Positions 39,381 to 50,406 of a DNA stretch of 64,000 nt are shown here, one piece after another. Positions within the stretch are counted from its first letter, which is position 1. The number at the start of each line of letters is the position of its first letter. Source of the DNA: an uncultured Acidobacteriaceae bacterium. GTDB taxonomy: Bacteria; Acidobacteriota; Terriglobia; Terriglobales; Acidobacteriaceae. The DNA is taken from contig CAVRAQ010000028.1 in the NCBI GenBank assembly GCA_963718985.1, positions 5,048 through 69,047 of the forward strand. Direction: 5' to 3'. The translations under genes were made by a program, and so were the position numbers. A model generated the notes under the pieces. It saw nothing but the letters and a program-made list of their open reading frames with translations, ran no database searches and was not told the DNA's origin.

Positions 39381-40673
39381 ATGCGCACACGGGATCAGCT
39401 CCTGTCCATGGGAACAGCCCAGTTTGTCTCGGCCGGATTCGGGATCGTATACAGCGTGGTCACGGCAAGAGGCCTGGGGCCTGCCTTGCGCGGAGACCTT
39501 TTCCTCATCCAGGCTTATTTCAACATCGCCACCGTTCTGGTGGGTCTAAGCACGGCTACGATTATGACCGTGCAGGTGAGCCGCGAGCAGTTCGACCTTG
39601 CGGAAATTCACTCCGCCTCTGTATTTCTGAGCCTTTTGCAAGGATTCGGCGGTGGGCTTATTACACTTTTGATTTACCTGCGTACAACCAGGTTGCCGGG
39701 GGCATCGCTCGGGATTCTTGCCTTCTTCTTCCTGTCCTTGCCGGCCATGCTTTATAAGACGAATTGGAGCGCAATCTTCCTCGGTCTCGGCCGTGTCGGG
39801 TTGATAAGCATCTACTTGGTTTTCGATGTTTTTCTGACTACTGTCGGCGCCGGAATCGTGTTGTTCCTTCTACGCGCGGGCCTCGAGGGAATCTTGATCA
39901 TGCTGGCCATCGAGTCGGCGATTATGGCGGCGATCGGCTTCTATCTGACTGTGAAGGTCAGTCGATCCAGGTGGCGCTGGTCAAGCAAGTGTATCTCCGA
40001 TTTGTTGCAGCAAGGGTGGAAGCAGCACGTTGCCGTAACCATTACGCAGTTGTATTTTCGCGCCGATGCGTTCATTCTGGCCCGCTTTCTCTCCCCTGCC
40101 GGGCTCGGACAGTATGCTGTGGCCAGGGGGCTAGCCGACCGCATAACTCTGGCGTTCACTCCCTTTGCCCAGGTTATGTTTCCACACATTGCTTCAAATG
40201 ACCCCGCGCGTTCCAGATGGTTCACGCAAACTACATTTCGCCAACTCGCCGTATTGGCGATTTTGTTATCGGCGGCTTTGATCGTTGTGATGCCGCGCTT
40301 TATTCTGATTATGTATGGAAATGCCTATCAGAGTGCCATCAAATTGGCGGAAATCCTCTGTATAGCACTTATCGTCCGTTCGATCACGGTGCCTATAGAG
40401 CTGTGGTTCGTGGGGGGCCTCTTGAGGCCGAAACTCAATGCGATAACCAGCGCCTTTATGCTGGTCGTGGTTGTAGTGTCCGGCTATGCTCTTACCATGC
40501 GCGCGGGCACGGCAGGTATGGCAATAGCGATGCTTCTTTCATTTGTCCTGAGTCTCGCATTTACCATTTGGCTCGGCAATCGCAACGGCCTGGGAATTCG
40601 TGAGCTCATTCCTGGCCCAAGAGATCTTCGCTATGTACTTGCGAAAGCCGGCAGCTTTCGAACCCGCGGCTAG
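39381..40673 (+). CDS. wzx: Oligosaccharide flippase
   Basis: Many TM helices; ARGLGPALRG, RADAFIL..GQYAVA, YGNAY motifs. Confidence 0.85.
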   Translation: MRTRDQLLSMGTAQFVSAGFGIVYSVVTARGLGPALRGDLFLIQAYFNIATVLVGLSTATIMTVQVSREQFDLAEIHSASVFLSLLQGFGGGLITLLIYLRTTRLPGASLGILAFFFLSLPAMLYKTNWSAIFLGLGRVGLISIYLVFDVFLTTVGAGIVLFLLRAGLEGILIMLAIESAIMAAIGFYLTVKVSRSRWRWSSKCISDLLQQGWKQHVAVTITQLYFRADAFILARFLSPAGLGQYAVARGLADRITLAFTPFAQVMFPHIASNDPARSRWFTQTTFRQLAVLAILLSAALIVVMPRFILIMYGNAYQSAIKLAEILCIALIVRSITVPIELWFVGGLLRPKLNAITSAFMLVVVVVSGYALTMRAGTAGMAIAMLLSFVLSLAFTIWLGNRNGLGIRELIPGPRDLRYVLAKAGSFRTRG

Positions 40674-40977
40674 CCAGAGTTCAAATTCCAACCCGCGCAC
40701 TACCTTGGAGTTCGCGCTGAAACGCAACATCTAGAGTGCTTAACTGATTGCAAGACGTTTATACGCAACCAGCCGCGCCCATCTAACGGCGCACTGCCGC
40801 CGACATCCTGTTCTTCAAATCAAAGCGCGGCATTGGCGTGATGAATGGAATCTGCCAGCGACTGCTCGGCGCATAACGCTGGATTAGAGAGGACTTTCGG
40901 CCCCTCTGGGGTGCACTCGTCACGGTATTGAATCTCAGCTCGAATCTGAGAACTGGAGCAGGAAAAGACAGTACCTC

Positions 40978-42447
40978 ATGACCTCAACCGCTTCTAGTTC
41001 AGTGTCGGCGCGCGCCTCGACGAAGTCGGATGGGAAGAAAGAGGCGAAGCGCGATCACCTGCGCGGAATCACCGTCCTGCTGTTTCTTTTCCTCGCATGC
41101 CTGAATGTCTCCTCCATGGCATCGCTACGCCTGGCGCTGGGTGCATTTGCCGGATTGCTCCTGGTCATAGGTCTCCGCGATCTGCGTTTCCTGATGCTGG
41201 TCATGATCGCCCTAGTGCCGGTGCAATCGAGCGCTCTCGGCTTTGGCACCGTGTTCGGATATCAGTTGACGTTCAACCGGGTCGCTGTGTTGATCGCGGT
41301 GTTATGTTTTCTGTTGCATCGCTCGAAGTATCCGCGGATTCACGGCCGGCGAGAACCGCTGCTTTACATGCTTCTTGCCCTCTTCGCGCTGAGCGTCCTA
41401 ACCGACCTGCTTGGCGACGGATCATACCTGTCCGGGGTCCAGCGAACACTTTCCGAGAGTGTAGAAGTACTGCTGTTCGCCTACATATGCTACCGTGTCT
41501 TCGGTCCCCGCGAACTCGGCTCTGTCACCTCCGCATTCGCCACCGGAGGGATCTTGCTGAGCTCGAGCGTCATTTTGGAACGAGTGACAGGTATGAACCT
41601 CCTGTTCAGCTTCCCTGTCGCTGATGAGATCTATGCCGGCCTGCTGAGCGCGGAGCAAACCCTCGATCGAGCCGACACCCTGCGAGTGCGGGGCTCTTTT
41701 CAAAATCCTGTTTATCTCTCCGGCTTCCTGCCGCTGCTGCTGTTTGCTGCGGCGTATCTTCTGCTGGTGCAGCGGCGGCGCGTCCTGGGCGGCGCCCTGC
41801 TTGTGCTCGTAGTGCTGACTGCCTGCTTTTCAATATCGCGGACCGCGATCTATGCCCTTCTTATCTTCGGGGCTCCCATCTTGATCATGACCCAAATGCG
41901 CCGCGGGGTCGGCCGGATCATCAGATTTGCGGCTCTGACGTTGGTCTTGGGGGGGCTTTTGTATGCCATCTTCCCGAGCGATCTGGAGCGTGCGGTCACA
42001 CTGACAGTAAACCCCTATCAGGCGAGCTTGGGTGGATCAGACACCGCCGACCGCCTGGACTTGATTACCGTTGGCGTACCGTTTGTATTGTCGTTGAACC
42101 CATTTGGCAGCGGGTTTGATCGATCACAACAGTTCAGTCTTCTCTTGGGGCCCGATATTGCCGACTTTTTTATAGGCTACTCAATTGCGCGCGGGGTCAT
42201 CTGGGTTGCGGCCTTCTGCATGCTGCTCGCCTATATGATGTGGCGGACGCTTCGCGGAGGCAACATGGTTTCCTGGATGCTCTTTTGGCTTGTCGTGAGT
42301 ATATCCGCCACATATCTAAGCTACGCGGAGTACTGGATATCGTTTCCCATGCTCCTGGTCTTTGTATTGGTCCACGGCGGACTTAACTCGACCTCCCCTA
42401 AGAGTCAATTGCTGAAAAGGGTGGTATCCGTTGCCGGCACACAATGA
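40978..42447 (+). CDS. Wzy/O-antigen-ligase-like polymerase
   Basis: Polytopic; RVRGSFQNP and SISRTA motifs; position after wzx. Confidence 0.72.
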   Translation: MTSTASSSVSARASTKSDGKKEAKRDHLRGITVLLFLFLACLNVSSMASLRLALGAFAGLLLVIGLRDLRFLMLVMIALVPVQSSALGFGTVFGYQLTFNRVAVLIAVLCFLLHRSKYPRIHGRREPLLYMLLALFALSVLTDLLGDGSYLSGVQRTLSESVEVLLFAYICYRVFGPRELGSVTSAFATGGILLSSSVILERVTGMNLLFSFPVADEIYAGLLSAEQTLDRADTLRVRGSFQNPVYLSGFLPLLLFAAAYLLLVQRRRVLGGALLVLVVLTACFSISRTAIYALLIFGAPILIMTQMRRGVGRIIRFAALTLVLGGLLYAIFPSDLERAVTLTVNPYQASLGGSDTADRLDLITVGVPFVLSLNPFGSGFDRSQQFSLLLGPDIADFFIGYSIARGVIWVAAFCMLLAYMMWRTLRGGNMVSWMLFWLVVSISATYLSYAEYWISFPMLLVFVLVHGGLNSTSPKSQLLKRVVSVAGTQ

Positions 42448-43648
42448 TGGCCCCGAGCGTCTGGAGACAGCCGCGGGCCAGGTTCTCATCCTTGCCGCCA
42501 GCTCTGTCCGTGAATGCGGCGGTTCCGAGCTGTTCAATCATCTGGCGGGGTACTTCCCGCGTCCAACCCTGGCAACCGCGCTTATGTCCACCCAGTGGAC
42601 CGCGACCACCAACTTCCTGGTCCGGATCTGGCGTAACCGTGTCGTGCGGTATATCAAGAACCGGTCACAGATTGTCGCGGCCGTCTATGTCAGGCTGATC
42701 TACGGTTTCCTGAGGTCGCGGCTGGAATGTGAGCTGTTTCGAAAGTATCGCGATTCGGGAATCGTTGGCGTGTGGTGTTTATCCAATGAACTGCTGCCCA
42801 TACTCGCGAACAATTTGGCCCGGCGGCTCGAGTGCCCGCTCCACGTTTCGGTCTTCGATCTGCCCTATACCTTTGGTTATCAGGAAGCGGAGCGCTCCGT
42901 GATCTGGGCCGGCTTCGAGCAATGGGCGCTGGAGGCGAACTCGCTTGATTTTGCTTCACCTGGGATGGAGGCGCATCTCAAACCGTATCGCGGCCGGCGA
43001 GCGGAGCGCGACATTGCTATCTGGTCCTCCGCCGGCGTCTCTCTCGGTCCGCGGCGGTTGCCCATCGTGCGGCCCGGCGTCAAGTCCATCGTCTTCTGCG
43101 GATCGTTGCGCTTTTTTCGGGAATTCGAGGCTCTGAGTGCCGCGCTGGGGCTATTGGAGCGTAAATACGGTAGACGGATCGTTCTCAGGCTCTTCTCCGG
43201 CAAACAGCTCGACCTGCCTGCGGTCGAGTATATGGGTTTCGAGACGGACCGGGTAAAACTGGTCGAAACGTTGCGCGAATCCGATCTGGCATACTCCCCG
43301 CTGTCTCTCGATCCACAAGATCGGTTACTTGTGGAGACATCGTTCCCCGGCAAGATCGCGACCTATCTGCAGGCTGATCTGCCCATACTCGCTCATGCGC
43401 CGGCATCGGCCACCAATTATCGCTTTGTCCTCGAGAACGATGTGGGCATCGGCATCGACACCCTGGACCCTGAACGGATCGCCGAACAGATTCTCAGCTA
43501 CGATGCGGCGTCCGAGCTTCGCCGGCGGCATGCCGGCAATTGCTACGACGTGTTACGGAAGAAGTTCGACCCGGCATCGCGCCAGGAGTTCTTTTCAGCG
43601 CTTTTTGAAGATAGTCCGGTTTACGCGGACACGAAAGCAGGCGAATGA
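42431..43648 (+). CDS. Putative glycosyltransferase (GT-B)
   Basis: C-terminal SFPGKIATYLQADLPIL motif; locus context. Confidence 0.65.
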   Translation: MPAHNDGPERLETAAGQVLILAASSVRECGGSELFNHLAGYFPRPTLATALMSTQWTATTNFLVRIWRNRVVRYIKNRSQIVAAVYVRLIYGFLRSRLECELFRKYRDSGIVGVWCLSNELLPILANNLARRLECPLHVSVFDLPYTFGYQEAERSVIWAGFEQWALEANSLDFASPGMEAHLKPYRGRRAERDIAIWSSAGVSLGPRRLPIVRPGVKSIVFCGSLRFFREFEALSAALGLLERKYGRRIVLRLFSGKQLDLPAVEYMGFETDRVKLVETLRESDLAYSPLSLDPQDRLLVETSFPGKIATYLQADLPILAHAPASATNYRFVLENDVGIGIDTLDPERIAEQILSYDAASELRRRHAGNCYDVLRKKFDPASRQEFFSALFEDSPVYADTKAGE

Positions 43649-44535
43649 CGCGCGTTTTGATTCTCGGAACCAACGGGATGCTCGGCCACAAGGCCTGGCA
43701 GGTGCTCGGCAGGGAATGCCGGGTGTACGGTACGGTCCGGCAATTTGACCCCCGCTTGCGCATGACCGGCATCTTCGACGAAAGCAGGATTGTAACTGAT
43801 GTCGATGCCTGGGAACTGGGTTCTGTGCGCCGCGCGCTGGCGGAAACAAGGCCTGATTGGGTCCTCAACTGCATCGGGCTTATCAAGCAGAAAGAGATCG
43901 CGCATCACGCCAAGCAGGCAGTTTACATCAACGCACTGTTTCCGCACCTGCTGGCCGAGATCTGTGCGGAGAATAGCTGCCGCTTGATTCACGTCAGTAC
44001 GGACTGCGTCTTCTCGGGACGAACGGGATCGTATCGGGAGACAGATCAGTCCGACGCGGAGGATTACTACGGCCGCACCAAGTTCCTTGGGGAAGTGTCT
44101 TCTCCCGGATGCCTGACCCTCAGGACTTCGATCGTGGGCCGGGACTTATTCTCCGACTACTCGCTGATTGACTGGTTTCTCTCCCAGGCCGGCAAGCAAG
44201 TCAAAGGATACGTTCGGGCGAAATACTCCGGGTTCTCGACCATCGCGCTTTGCCGGGAGATATGGAGAATCATCTCCCTGTATCCATCGCTCCAGGGCTT
44301 ATACCAGGTATCGTCGTCTCCTATTTCCAAGTACGACCTTCTGCAAATGGTCAACAATGCCTTTCAGGCGAAGGTCGCTATCGTTCGGGACGAAGACTTC
44401 GTCTTGGATCGCAGCATGCTTTCCGAACGCTATTGGCGCCAGACCAATAGCCAGCCGCCGTCCTGGCCGGATATGGTGGCCGAAATAGCTCAAGACCCTA
44501 CTGGCTACGATGAGTTTCGAAAGCTCTCGCGCTAG
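43645..44535 (+). CDS. RmlD-like NDP-4-keto-6-deoxysugar reductase (QnlA/WbvR-like)
   Basis: GTNGMLG, NCIGLIKQ, STDCVFSG, YGRTKFLGE. Confidence 0.85.
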   Translation: MTRVLILGTNGMLGHKAWQVLGRECRVYGTVRQFDPRLRMTGIFDESRIVTDVDAWELGSVRRALAETRPDWVLNCIGLIKQKEIAHHAKQAVYINALFPHLLAEICAENSCRLIHVSTDCVFSGRTGSYRETDQSDAEDYYGRTKFLGEVSSPGCLTLRTSIVGRDLFSDYSLIDWFLSQAGKQVKGYVRAKYSGFSTIALCREIWRIISLYPSLQGLYQVSSSPISKYDLLQMVNNAFQAKVAIVRDEDFVLDRSMLSERYWRQTNSQPPSWPDMVAEIAQDPTGYDEFRKLSR

Positions 44536-45432
44536 AGCCTGTTATTAACTTTGTACGTTTGTTTTGATTGAGATGAGGTTTTGGTAGTTGGGGTATTCAT
44601 GCTGAGAGCATGGAGAAGCGCGGACGCAGTGGTTACCCCAGCGACGTGACGGACGAGGAATGGGCGTTTGTGTCGCCTTACCTGGCGTTGTGCAAGGAGG
44701 ATGCCGAGCAACGAGATTACCCTCTGCGCGCGGTGTTCAACGGTCTTCGCTACGTGGTGCGCACGGGTTGCCAGTGGCGCTACATGCCCAACGATCTGCC
44801 GCCTTGGAACGTGGTCTATCAGCAGGTGCAACGTTGGATTCGGGCGCACTGTTTCGAGACCATGGTCGAGGATTTGCGCATGTTGCTGCGCGCCTTTGCC
44901 GGGCGCAAGGCACAACCGACGGCGATGATCCTTGACAGTCGCACGCTGCAATCGACGCCGGAGTCTGGTGCGCGCGCGGGCTACGATGGGGCCAAGCGGC
45001 GCAAGGGCTCGAAGGTGCACGCAGCGGTGGATACGCTGGGTCATTTGTTGGCTCTGCATGTGACTCCGGCCGATGAGCAGGACCGCGCACAGATAGGCGA
45101 ACTGGCCCAACAGGTGCAACAGATCACGGGGGAACATGTCGAGCTGGCATATGTCGATCAGGGCTACACCGGCGAGGCCGCCGAAGAAGCTGCGGCTGAG
45201 CACGGCATTCGTTTGGAAGTAGTTAAGCACACCGAAGCCAAGCGCGGATTTGTTCTGCTGCCACGAAGATGGGTGGTGGAGAGAAGCTTTGCCTGGGCCG
45301 CACGCTTCCGCCGTCTGGCACGCGACTACGAACGGCTGGCTGCCACGCTGGGGGCGTTCCACTTCCTGGCTTGCGCTTGCCTCATGCTCGCTAACCTCTT
45401 CCGGTTGCTCGCCGGAAGTTAATAACAGGCTC
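44535..45432 (+). mobile_element. IS5-family insertion sequence, 898 bp, apparently intact
   Basis: Perfect 17-bp TIRs GAGCCTGTTATTAACTT / AAGTTAATAACAGGCTC; inserted in CTAG with TA duplicated. Confidence 0.93.
44610..45422 (+). CDS. IS5-family DDE transposase
   Basis: [55 protein letters not shown]. Confidence 0.95.
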   Translation: MEKRGRSGYPSDVTDEEWAFVSPYLALCKEDAEQRDYPLRAVFNGLRYVVRTGCQWRYMPNDLPPWNVVYQQVQRWIRAHCFETMVEDLRMLLRAFAGRKAQPTAMILDSRTLQSTPESGARAGYDGAKRRKGSKVHAAVDTLGHLLALHVTPADEQDRAQIGELAQQVQQITGEHVELAYVDQGYTGEAAEEAAAEHGIRLEVVKHTEAKRGFVLLPRRWVVERSFAWAARFRRLARDYERLAATLGAFHFLACACLMLANLFRLLAGS

Positions 45433-45546
45433 TAGAGGCCCGATATGAACATCGGTGCCTGTCAGCATTAGACTCGCAAAGCAATTCTACCCTTCAAGAA
45501 GTTATGAAAACCAGGCAATAGCAGAGTCAATAAGGAGGAAGCTCGC

Positions 45547-46608
45547 ATGATTTTTTCGGATAAGTGTATTCTCATTACCGGCGGCACCGGGTCGCTAGGA
45601 AAGACCTTGGTGCGCCGCTTGCTCGCAGGCGAGCTCGGCCGGCCGCGCAAGATTATCGTCTTTTCTAGAGATGAGGCAAAACAGCATTCCATGCGCATGG
45701 AATACCAGCAGCGCGCCGTCGCTACGGACGAGATCATCTACCACAATTTCGAAGAGCTGGTCGAGTTTCGCATCGGAGATGTACGGGATTACTTCAGCGT
45801 TGCCGCGGCCATCGAGACCGCTGATGTCATCATCAATGCTGCCGCGCTCAAGCAGGTGCCGACTTGCGAATACTTCCCTTATGAAGCCGTTCAGACCAAC
45901 ATCACGGGGCCGGAGAACATTGTTCGGGCAATTCGTCAGAATGGCTTGTCGGTCAAGACCGTTGTCGGGGTTTCTACAGACAAGGCGTGTAAGCCGGTCA
46001 ACGTCATGGGCATGACCAAATCGCTGCAGGAACGCCTCCTTCTAAGTGCGAATATTGGTTGTCCGGACACCCGGTTTATTTGTGTGCGCTATGGAAACGT
46101 GCTGGCCTCGCGAGGTTCTGTAATCCCTCTGTTCCACGAGCAGATACGCGCCGGCGGTCCGGTGACCATCACCACCGAAGACATGACTCGGTTCCTGATA
46201 AGCCTGGACGACGCCGTCAACGTCATTTTTGCCGCTGTTTGCGAAGCGCGCCGGGGCCAGACGTATGTGCCTCGAGCTCTCTCCGCGAGGGTCATTGATA
46301 TCGCCAGGGCCCTGATTGGGGATCGGGATATTCCCATCAGGATTATGGGAATCCGGCCGGGAGAGAAGATCCATGAGATTCTCATCTCCGAGGAGGAAGC
46401 ATTCAGAACCTTTGATGATGGACGTTTCTATGCCATGGATTCGATCCTTCCCGAGATTGCCGGTGAGCGCTCCGGAGAGCCCTGTTTGCAAGGCGAATAC
46501 AGCTCCAATGGCAGCGTGATGTCCTTTGAACAGCTTCGCGAATTCCTCGATGAGCACAACCTTCTGCAGCCGGAGTCAATCGACGGGCCCGCGGAGTTGT
46601 TGCGATGA
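45547..46608 (+). CDS. UDP-GlcNAc 4,6-dehydratase/5-epimerase (FnlA/CapE/WbjB-like)
   Basis: TGGTGSLG, SRDEAKQ, AAALKQVPTCE, STDKA, RYGNVLASRGSVIP, GIRPGEKIHE. Confidence 0.9.
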   Translation: MIFSDKCILITGGTGSLGKTLVRRLLAGELGRPRKIIVFSRDEAKQHSMRMEYQQRAVATDEIIYHNFEELVEFRIGDVRDYFSVAAAIETADVIINAAALKQVPTCEYFPYEAVQTNITGPENIVRAIRQNGLSVKTVVGVSTDKACKPVNVMGMTKSLQERLLLSANIGCPDTRFICVRYGNVLASRGSVIPLFHEQIRAGGPVTITTEDMTRFLISLDDAVNVIFAAVCEARRGQTYVPRALSARVIDIARALIGDRDIPIRIMGIRPGEKIHEILISEEEAFRTFDDGRFYAMDSILPEIAGERSGEPCLQGEYSSNGSVMSFEQLREFLDEHNLLQPESIDGPAELLR

Positions 46609-47708
46609 AGATTTTGACCGTCCTCGGTACGCGGCCCGAGATCATCCGGCTAAGCCTGATCATCCAGAAACTGGACCGCTACTGCAATCATGTTCTGGTT
46701 CACACCGGCCAGAACTACGCGGCCTGCTTGAATGACATATTCTTCGACGACCTCAAGGTCCGCAGGCCGGACTATTGCCTGGGAGTCCGCGGCGACACCT
46801 TCGGCGAACAGATCGGCAAGATCCTGATAGAAATCGAGAAGGTTCTTCTGGCTGAACGCCCGGACCGGCTACTGGTGCTGGGCGACACCAATTCCGGCTT
46901 GGCAGCGGTCATAGCCAAGCGCATGGGAATTGCTGTATTTCACCTGGAAGCCGGCAACCGGTGCTACGACGATCGCGTCCCGGAAGAGGTGAATCGGCGG
47001 ATTATCGATCACTCGAGTTCAGTTCTTTTGCCCTACACCCAGCGAAGCGCAGCCAACCTGGTGCGGGAAGGAATCGACCGCCACCGCATCTACGTCACTG
47101 GCAACCCTATCTACGAAGTCTTGCAAGCCCATAAGCAGACAATTGCGCAGAGTGACGTCCTGGCCAGGCTCGGCCTGACCGCCAGGCAGTATTTTGCCGT
47201 CACCATGCACCGCGCGGAAAACGTCGACGTTGAGGAGCGGCTTCGCAACCTGTTGGAAGCGCTGCGCGCGCTTGCCCAACAGTATTCCCGCCCGGTAGTC
47301 TGCAGCCTGCACCCCAGAACCCGAAGCAAGCTGGTGGAGTTCGGCTTCGGAGCGTCGAGCGATGCCGGCATACGGTTTATTGAGCCCTTGGGTTTCGCTG
47401 ACTTCGTGGCCCTTGAGCAGAACGCCTCGTGCGTGCTCACGGATAGCGGCACTGTGCAGGAAGAGTGTTGCATATTTGGCATCCCCAACCTGACTGTACG
47501 GGATGTAACCGAGCGGCCCGAGACGATCGAGGCCGGCTCCAATATGCTCACCGGCGTTGATCCTCAACTCATCGTCGCCAGTGTCCGAACGGTTTTGGAG
47601 GAGCCTGCGCAATGGAAGCCGCCGGCTGAGTACCTGGATGCTTACGTGTCTAGTAAAATCGTCAAAATCGTTCTCGGATACGATTGGCGAGAAGAACCCC
47701 AATCCTAG
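46605..47708 (+). CDS. Non-hydrolysing UDP-HexNAc 2-epimerase (FnlC/QnlB/WbjD-like)
   Basis: GTRPEIIRLS, HTGQNY, EAGNRCYD..VPEE.NR, HRAENVD, TDSGTVQEE, TERPE. Confidence 0.9.
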   Translation: MKILTVLGTRPEIIRLSLIIQKLDRYCNHVLVHTGQNYAACLNDIFFDDLKVRRPDYCLGVRGDTFGEQIGKILIEIEKVLLAERPDRLLVLGDTNSGLAAVIAKRMGIAVFHLEAGNRCYDDRVPEEVNRRIIDHSSSVLLPYTQRSAANLVREGIDRHRIYVTGNPIYEVLQAHKQTIAQSDVLARLGLTARQYFAVTMHRAENVDVEERLRNLLEALRALAQQYSRPVVCSLHPRTRSKLVEFGFGASSDAGIRFIEPLGFADFVALEQNASCVLTDSGTVQEECCIFGIPNLTVRDVTERPETIEAGSNMLTGVDPQLIVASVRTVLEEPAQWKPPAEYLDAYVSSKIVKIVLGYDWREEPQS

Positions 47709-47935
47709 CGCTGAAGCTGAAGCTGGAACCTGACCTATCTGTTCCGCGGCTCCCGCCGGGCCGCTCCAATCGAGATGCGTGACCGCCGGCAAATAGGCGC
47801 GGCGAGGAGTTCACGGGGGGTGTCCATGAGATCGCATCGAGATGGCGCGGATCATGGACATTGGCCCGGGCCAGGGCCATCCCCGGGGCGCCCGAGTTTC
47901 TGTCCCTTGAGCGCATACCAGGCCAGAAAAGCGAA

Positions 47936-48899
47936 ATGGAGAGTTTAGTGAAGAACGCAGCACGCTCGCGCACCTCCTCTCACCGGCTCCTCTCGAAAGT
48001 AATCGACGAGTGCATTCGCAGGGCGAGGACGGCACTCAACATAAACACTAAGTATCAATTCAATGGCTTCTCCATAGAACTGCCTGCCGAGCATTTGTTG
48101 CCTCGGTACCAGAAACGCCACAAGCTGCATGAGAGGTTCCTGCCGCATTTAGGCAAGTATTTGGCTCCCGGGTCCACTGTCGTCGACGTTGGAGCCAATT
48201 GCGGTGACACCTTGGCGGCGATGTTCGCATCCAATAAGAGTCTGGCCTTCATTTGCATTGAGCCTTGCGAAGCGTTCTTCGAGTTTCTGCAGAAGAATGT
48301 TTTGCTGTTACGAACCTACGATAAGGCCGCGTCAATCAAGACAGTCAAGGCGTTAGTCGGTCAACACATCACAAGGGCATCGCTTGTTGGGGCGGGGGGG
48401 GACGAGACGAGCAGTTGTTGACGATAGTGAAGTTTCGGCGCCATCCAGATCGCTTGACAATATTCTGTCGCAAAGTGGAGCTACACATGTCCGATTGCTC
48501 AAATCGGATGTTGACGGTTTTGACTATGACGTGATCGATTCAGCCGATTCAACCCTTGATGCGGAAGCGCCGATCGTCTTCTTTGAGTGTCAGCTTGATT
48601 ACGCCTCCCAGAAAGCCGGTTATGAGAAGACGATAGCAAATATTGAGACGAAGGGCTACGTAAAATGGGTGATATTTGACAACTACGGCGAGGTGGTGCT
48701 GCATACAAGCGATGTTCGGATGATCAATCAGCTTATTGATTATCTGTGGCGCCAGAACATGGGCCGCTCAACTAGGACCATTTACTATTATGATATTCTC
48801 GCGGCCACCAAGAGAGATGGCGCACTCATCGATAGAGTCATAGAGGACTATTTGACACACTTTCAGAAACCGCTGGACAACTCCCCAAGCCGCATATGA
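47936..48899 (+). CDS. FkbM-family methyltransferase, broken by +1 frameshift in a G8 run
   Basis: VDVGANCGD..IEP in ORF 47861; LLKSDVDGFD in ORF 48384; removing one G at 48394-48401 fuses them. Confidence 0.8.
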
Positions 48900-49104
48900 C
48901 GCGGGTAATGGGGAAGCAACAGGGGAAGAGCGGAGTGGGACAATTTACCTTCGCGTCACCAGCGAGTTTCGAGTCTTTATTGTCTCTTGCCATTCAGTTC
49001 GCGGCGCTGGTCCGGACCTAAGCATGTGTTTCCTCCACGTTCAGGGCCGCATTGGGAACTGGTTAAGCGCGTACGCGCACATCGAGACTTCATAAGTAGG
49101 GTAT

Positions 49105-50254
49105 ATGCGCATTGAGCGAAGAGTTGCCTTTCTTACCAGCAACATCATCTCGGATAGATACGTTCTCTTTAAGGCATTACAGCCCTTGATTGCGGATTGC
49201 GGATATATCTGTCAGGTCGCGCGGAAATGGATGATCCAAGGATGCGCTCCCTGCAAGATTTGCCTGTGTATCGACAAAGGTCGATTCGCGGTGAGGCGCG
49301 CAGTCGAACACAGGTGGTTTTGCGGATTATGTTGAAGATAATTTTCCTTTTGACACCCTGTTTCGATTGTTAGCCTATAAACCGCACATTGTCTTATCCG
49401 GAGAACTGGGCGTTCGCACTTTGCTGAGCGTTATTTATCGCTGATATTTAAAGGACAACGTTAATCGTGTGGGCTACGTGTTCGGAACGAGCGGAAGCAA
49501 TTCGGGCCACCTACTCCGAACCGCCATTGCGGCGTTGGATGCTTAGAGCATGTCGATGCAGCATATGTCAATGGGAGCAGCGGCGAACGTTATATTAGAG
49601 GCCTCGGATTCAAAGGGCGGATATTTGTGATTCCTTATTCGTTCGAAAGCGGCTTATTCGGTGTGGTTCGCGTGCGGCTTTGGGCGATAACGGAAGAAGT
49701 ATCTCTTTTGTGCATGTCGATTGGTTGAAGGAAAAGGCCTCTATCCTTTCCTTGTGGTTTTGGCAAAGTGGTGTAGCGATCATCTATCTCAGAGAGTAAA
49801 TCTTCGAATCGCTGGCTATGGGCCTGAGTTGACGCGGCTGCAGTCGGTCGTAGCCCCGCCAAATCTTGAGATAGAGTATCTCGGCAAGGTGCCGCACGAA
49901 CAGATTGCCGATAGATATCATGCGGCTTCGATCTTCGTGTTTCCAACTTTCGTAGACGAATGGGGGTTGGTGGCTGTCGAGGCACTTAGCGCCGGGCTGC
50001 CGGTTTTGGGAAGTATATTCAGCCAGTCTGTCGAAGAATTGATCGTTGAGGGGGAAAATGGATGGAAGTTTGATCCGCTTGACCCAGGCAGTACATACGA
50101 CGCTATAGGCCGGGCGCTTTTGGCGGATCGTAAGACTTTGGAAGAGATGTCGCGGAGAGCGGTTTCTTCGGTTGCGATTCTTGCTCCAGATATCCTTGCT
50201 CAAAGAATTGTAGATTCAATCCATGCGCTTCACGAGAGTTCGCCGGCGGCATGA
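49105..50254 (+). pseudogene. GT4 glycosyltransferase with multiple frameshifts (pseudogene or sequence error)
   Basis: Fragments SGELGVRT and VNGSSGERY in different frames; intact C-terminal FVFPTFVDEWGLVAVEALSAGLPV. Confidence 0.7.
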
Positions 50255-50406
50255 AGATTTCAACCGTCGGCTCTAATTGGTCTGGCCTGTGTTTTTAAGC
50301 CGGGGCCCGCGCTCACGGTGCAGGTCACCTCGCGGCGGTGTGTTGATTAGGTTACCGCTCGGCTCACGCTTCTGACATTATCATTTCAAGGGAAGATTCG
50401 ACTGCA

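Noticed and set aside
40680-40704. TTCAAA..CACTACC resembling the right end of the MITE
   Set aside because: Spacing differs; no partner end or target duplication found.
44532-45362. 276-aa antisense ORF inside the IS
   Set aside because: Lies opposite the transposase; no independent evidence of expression.
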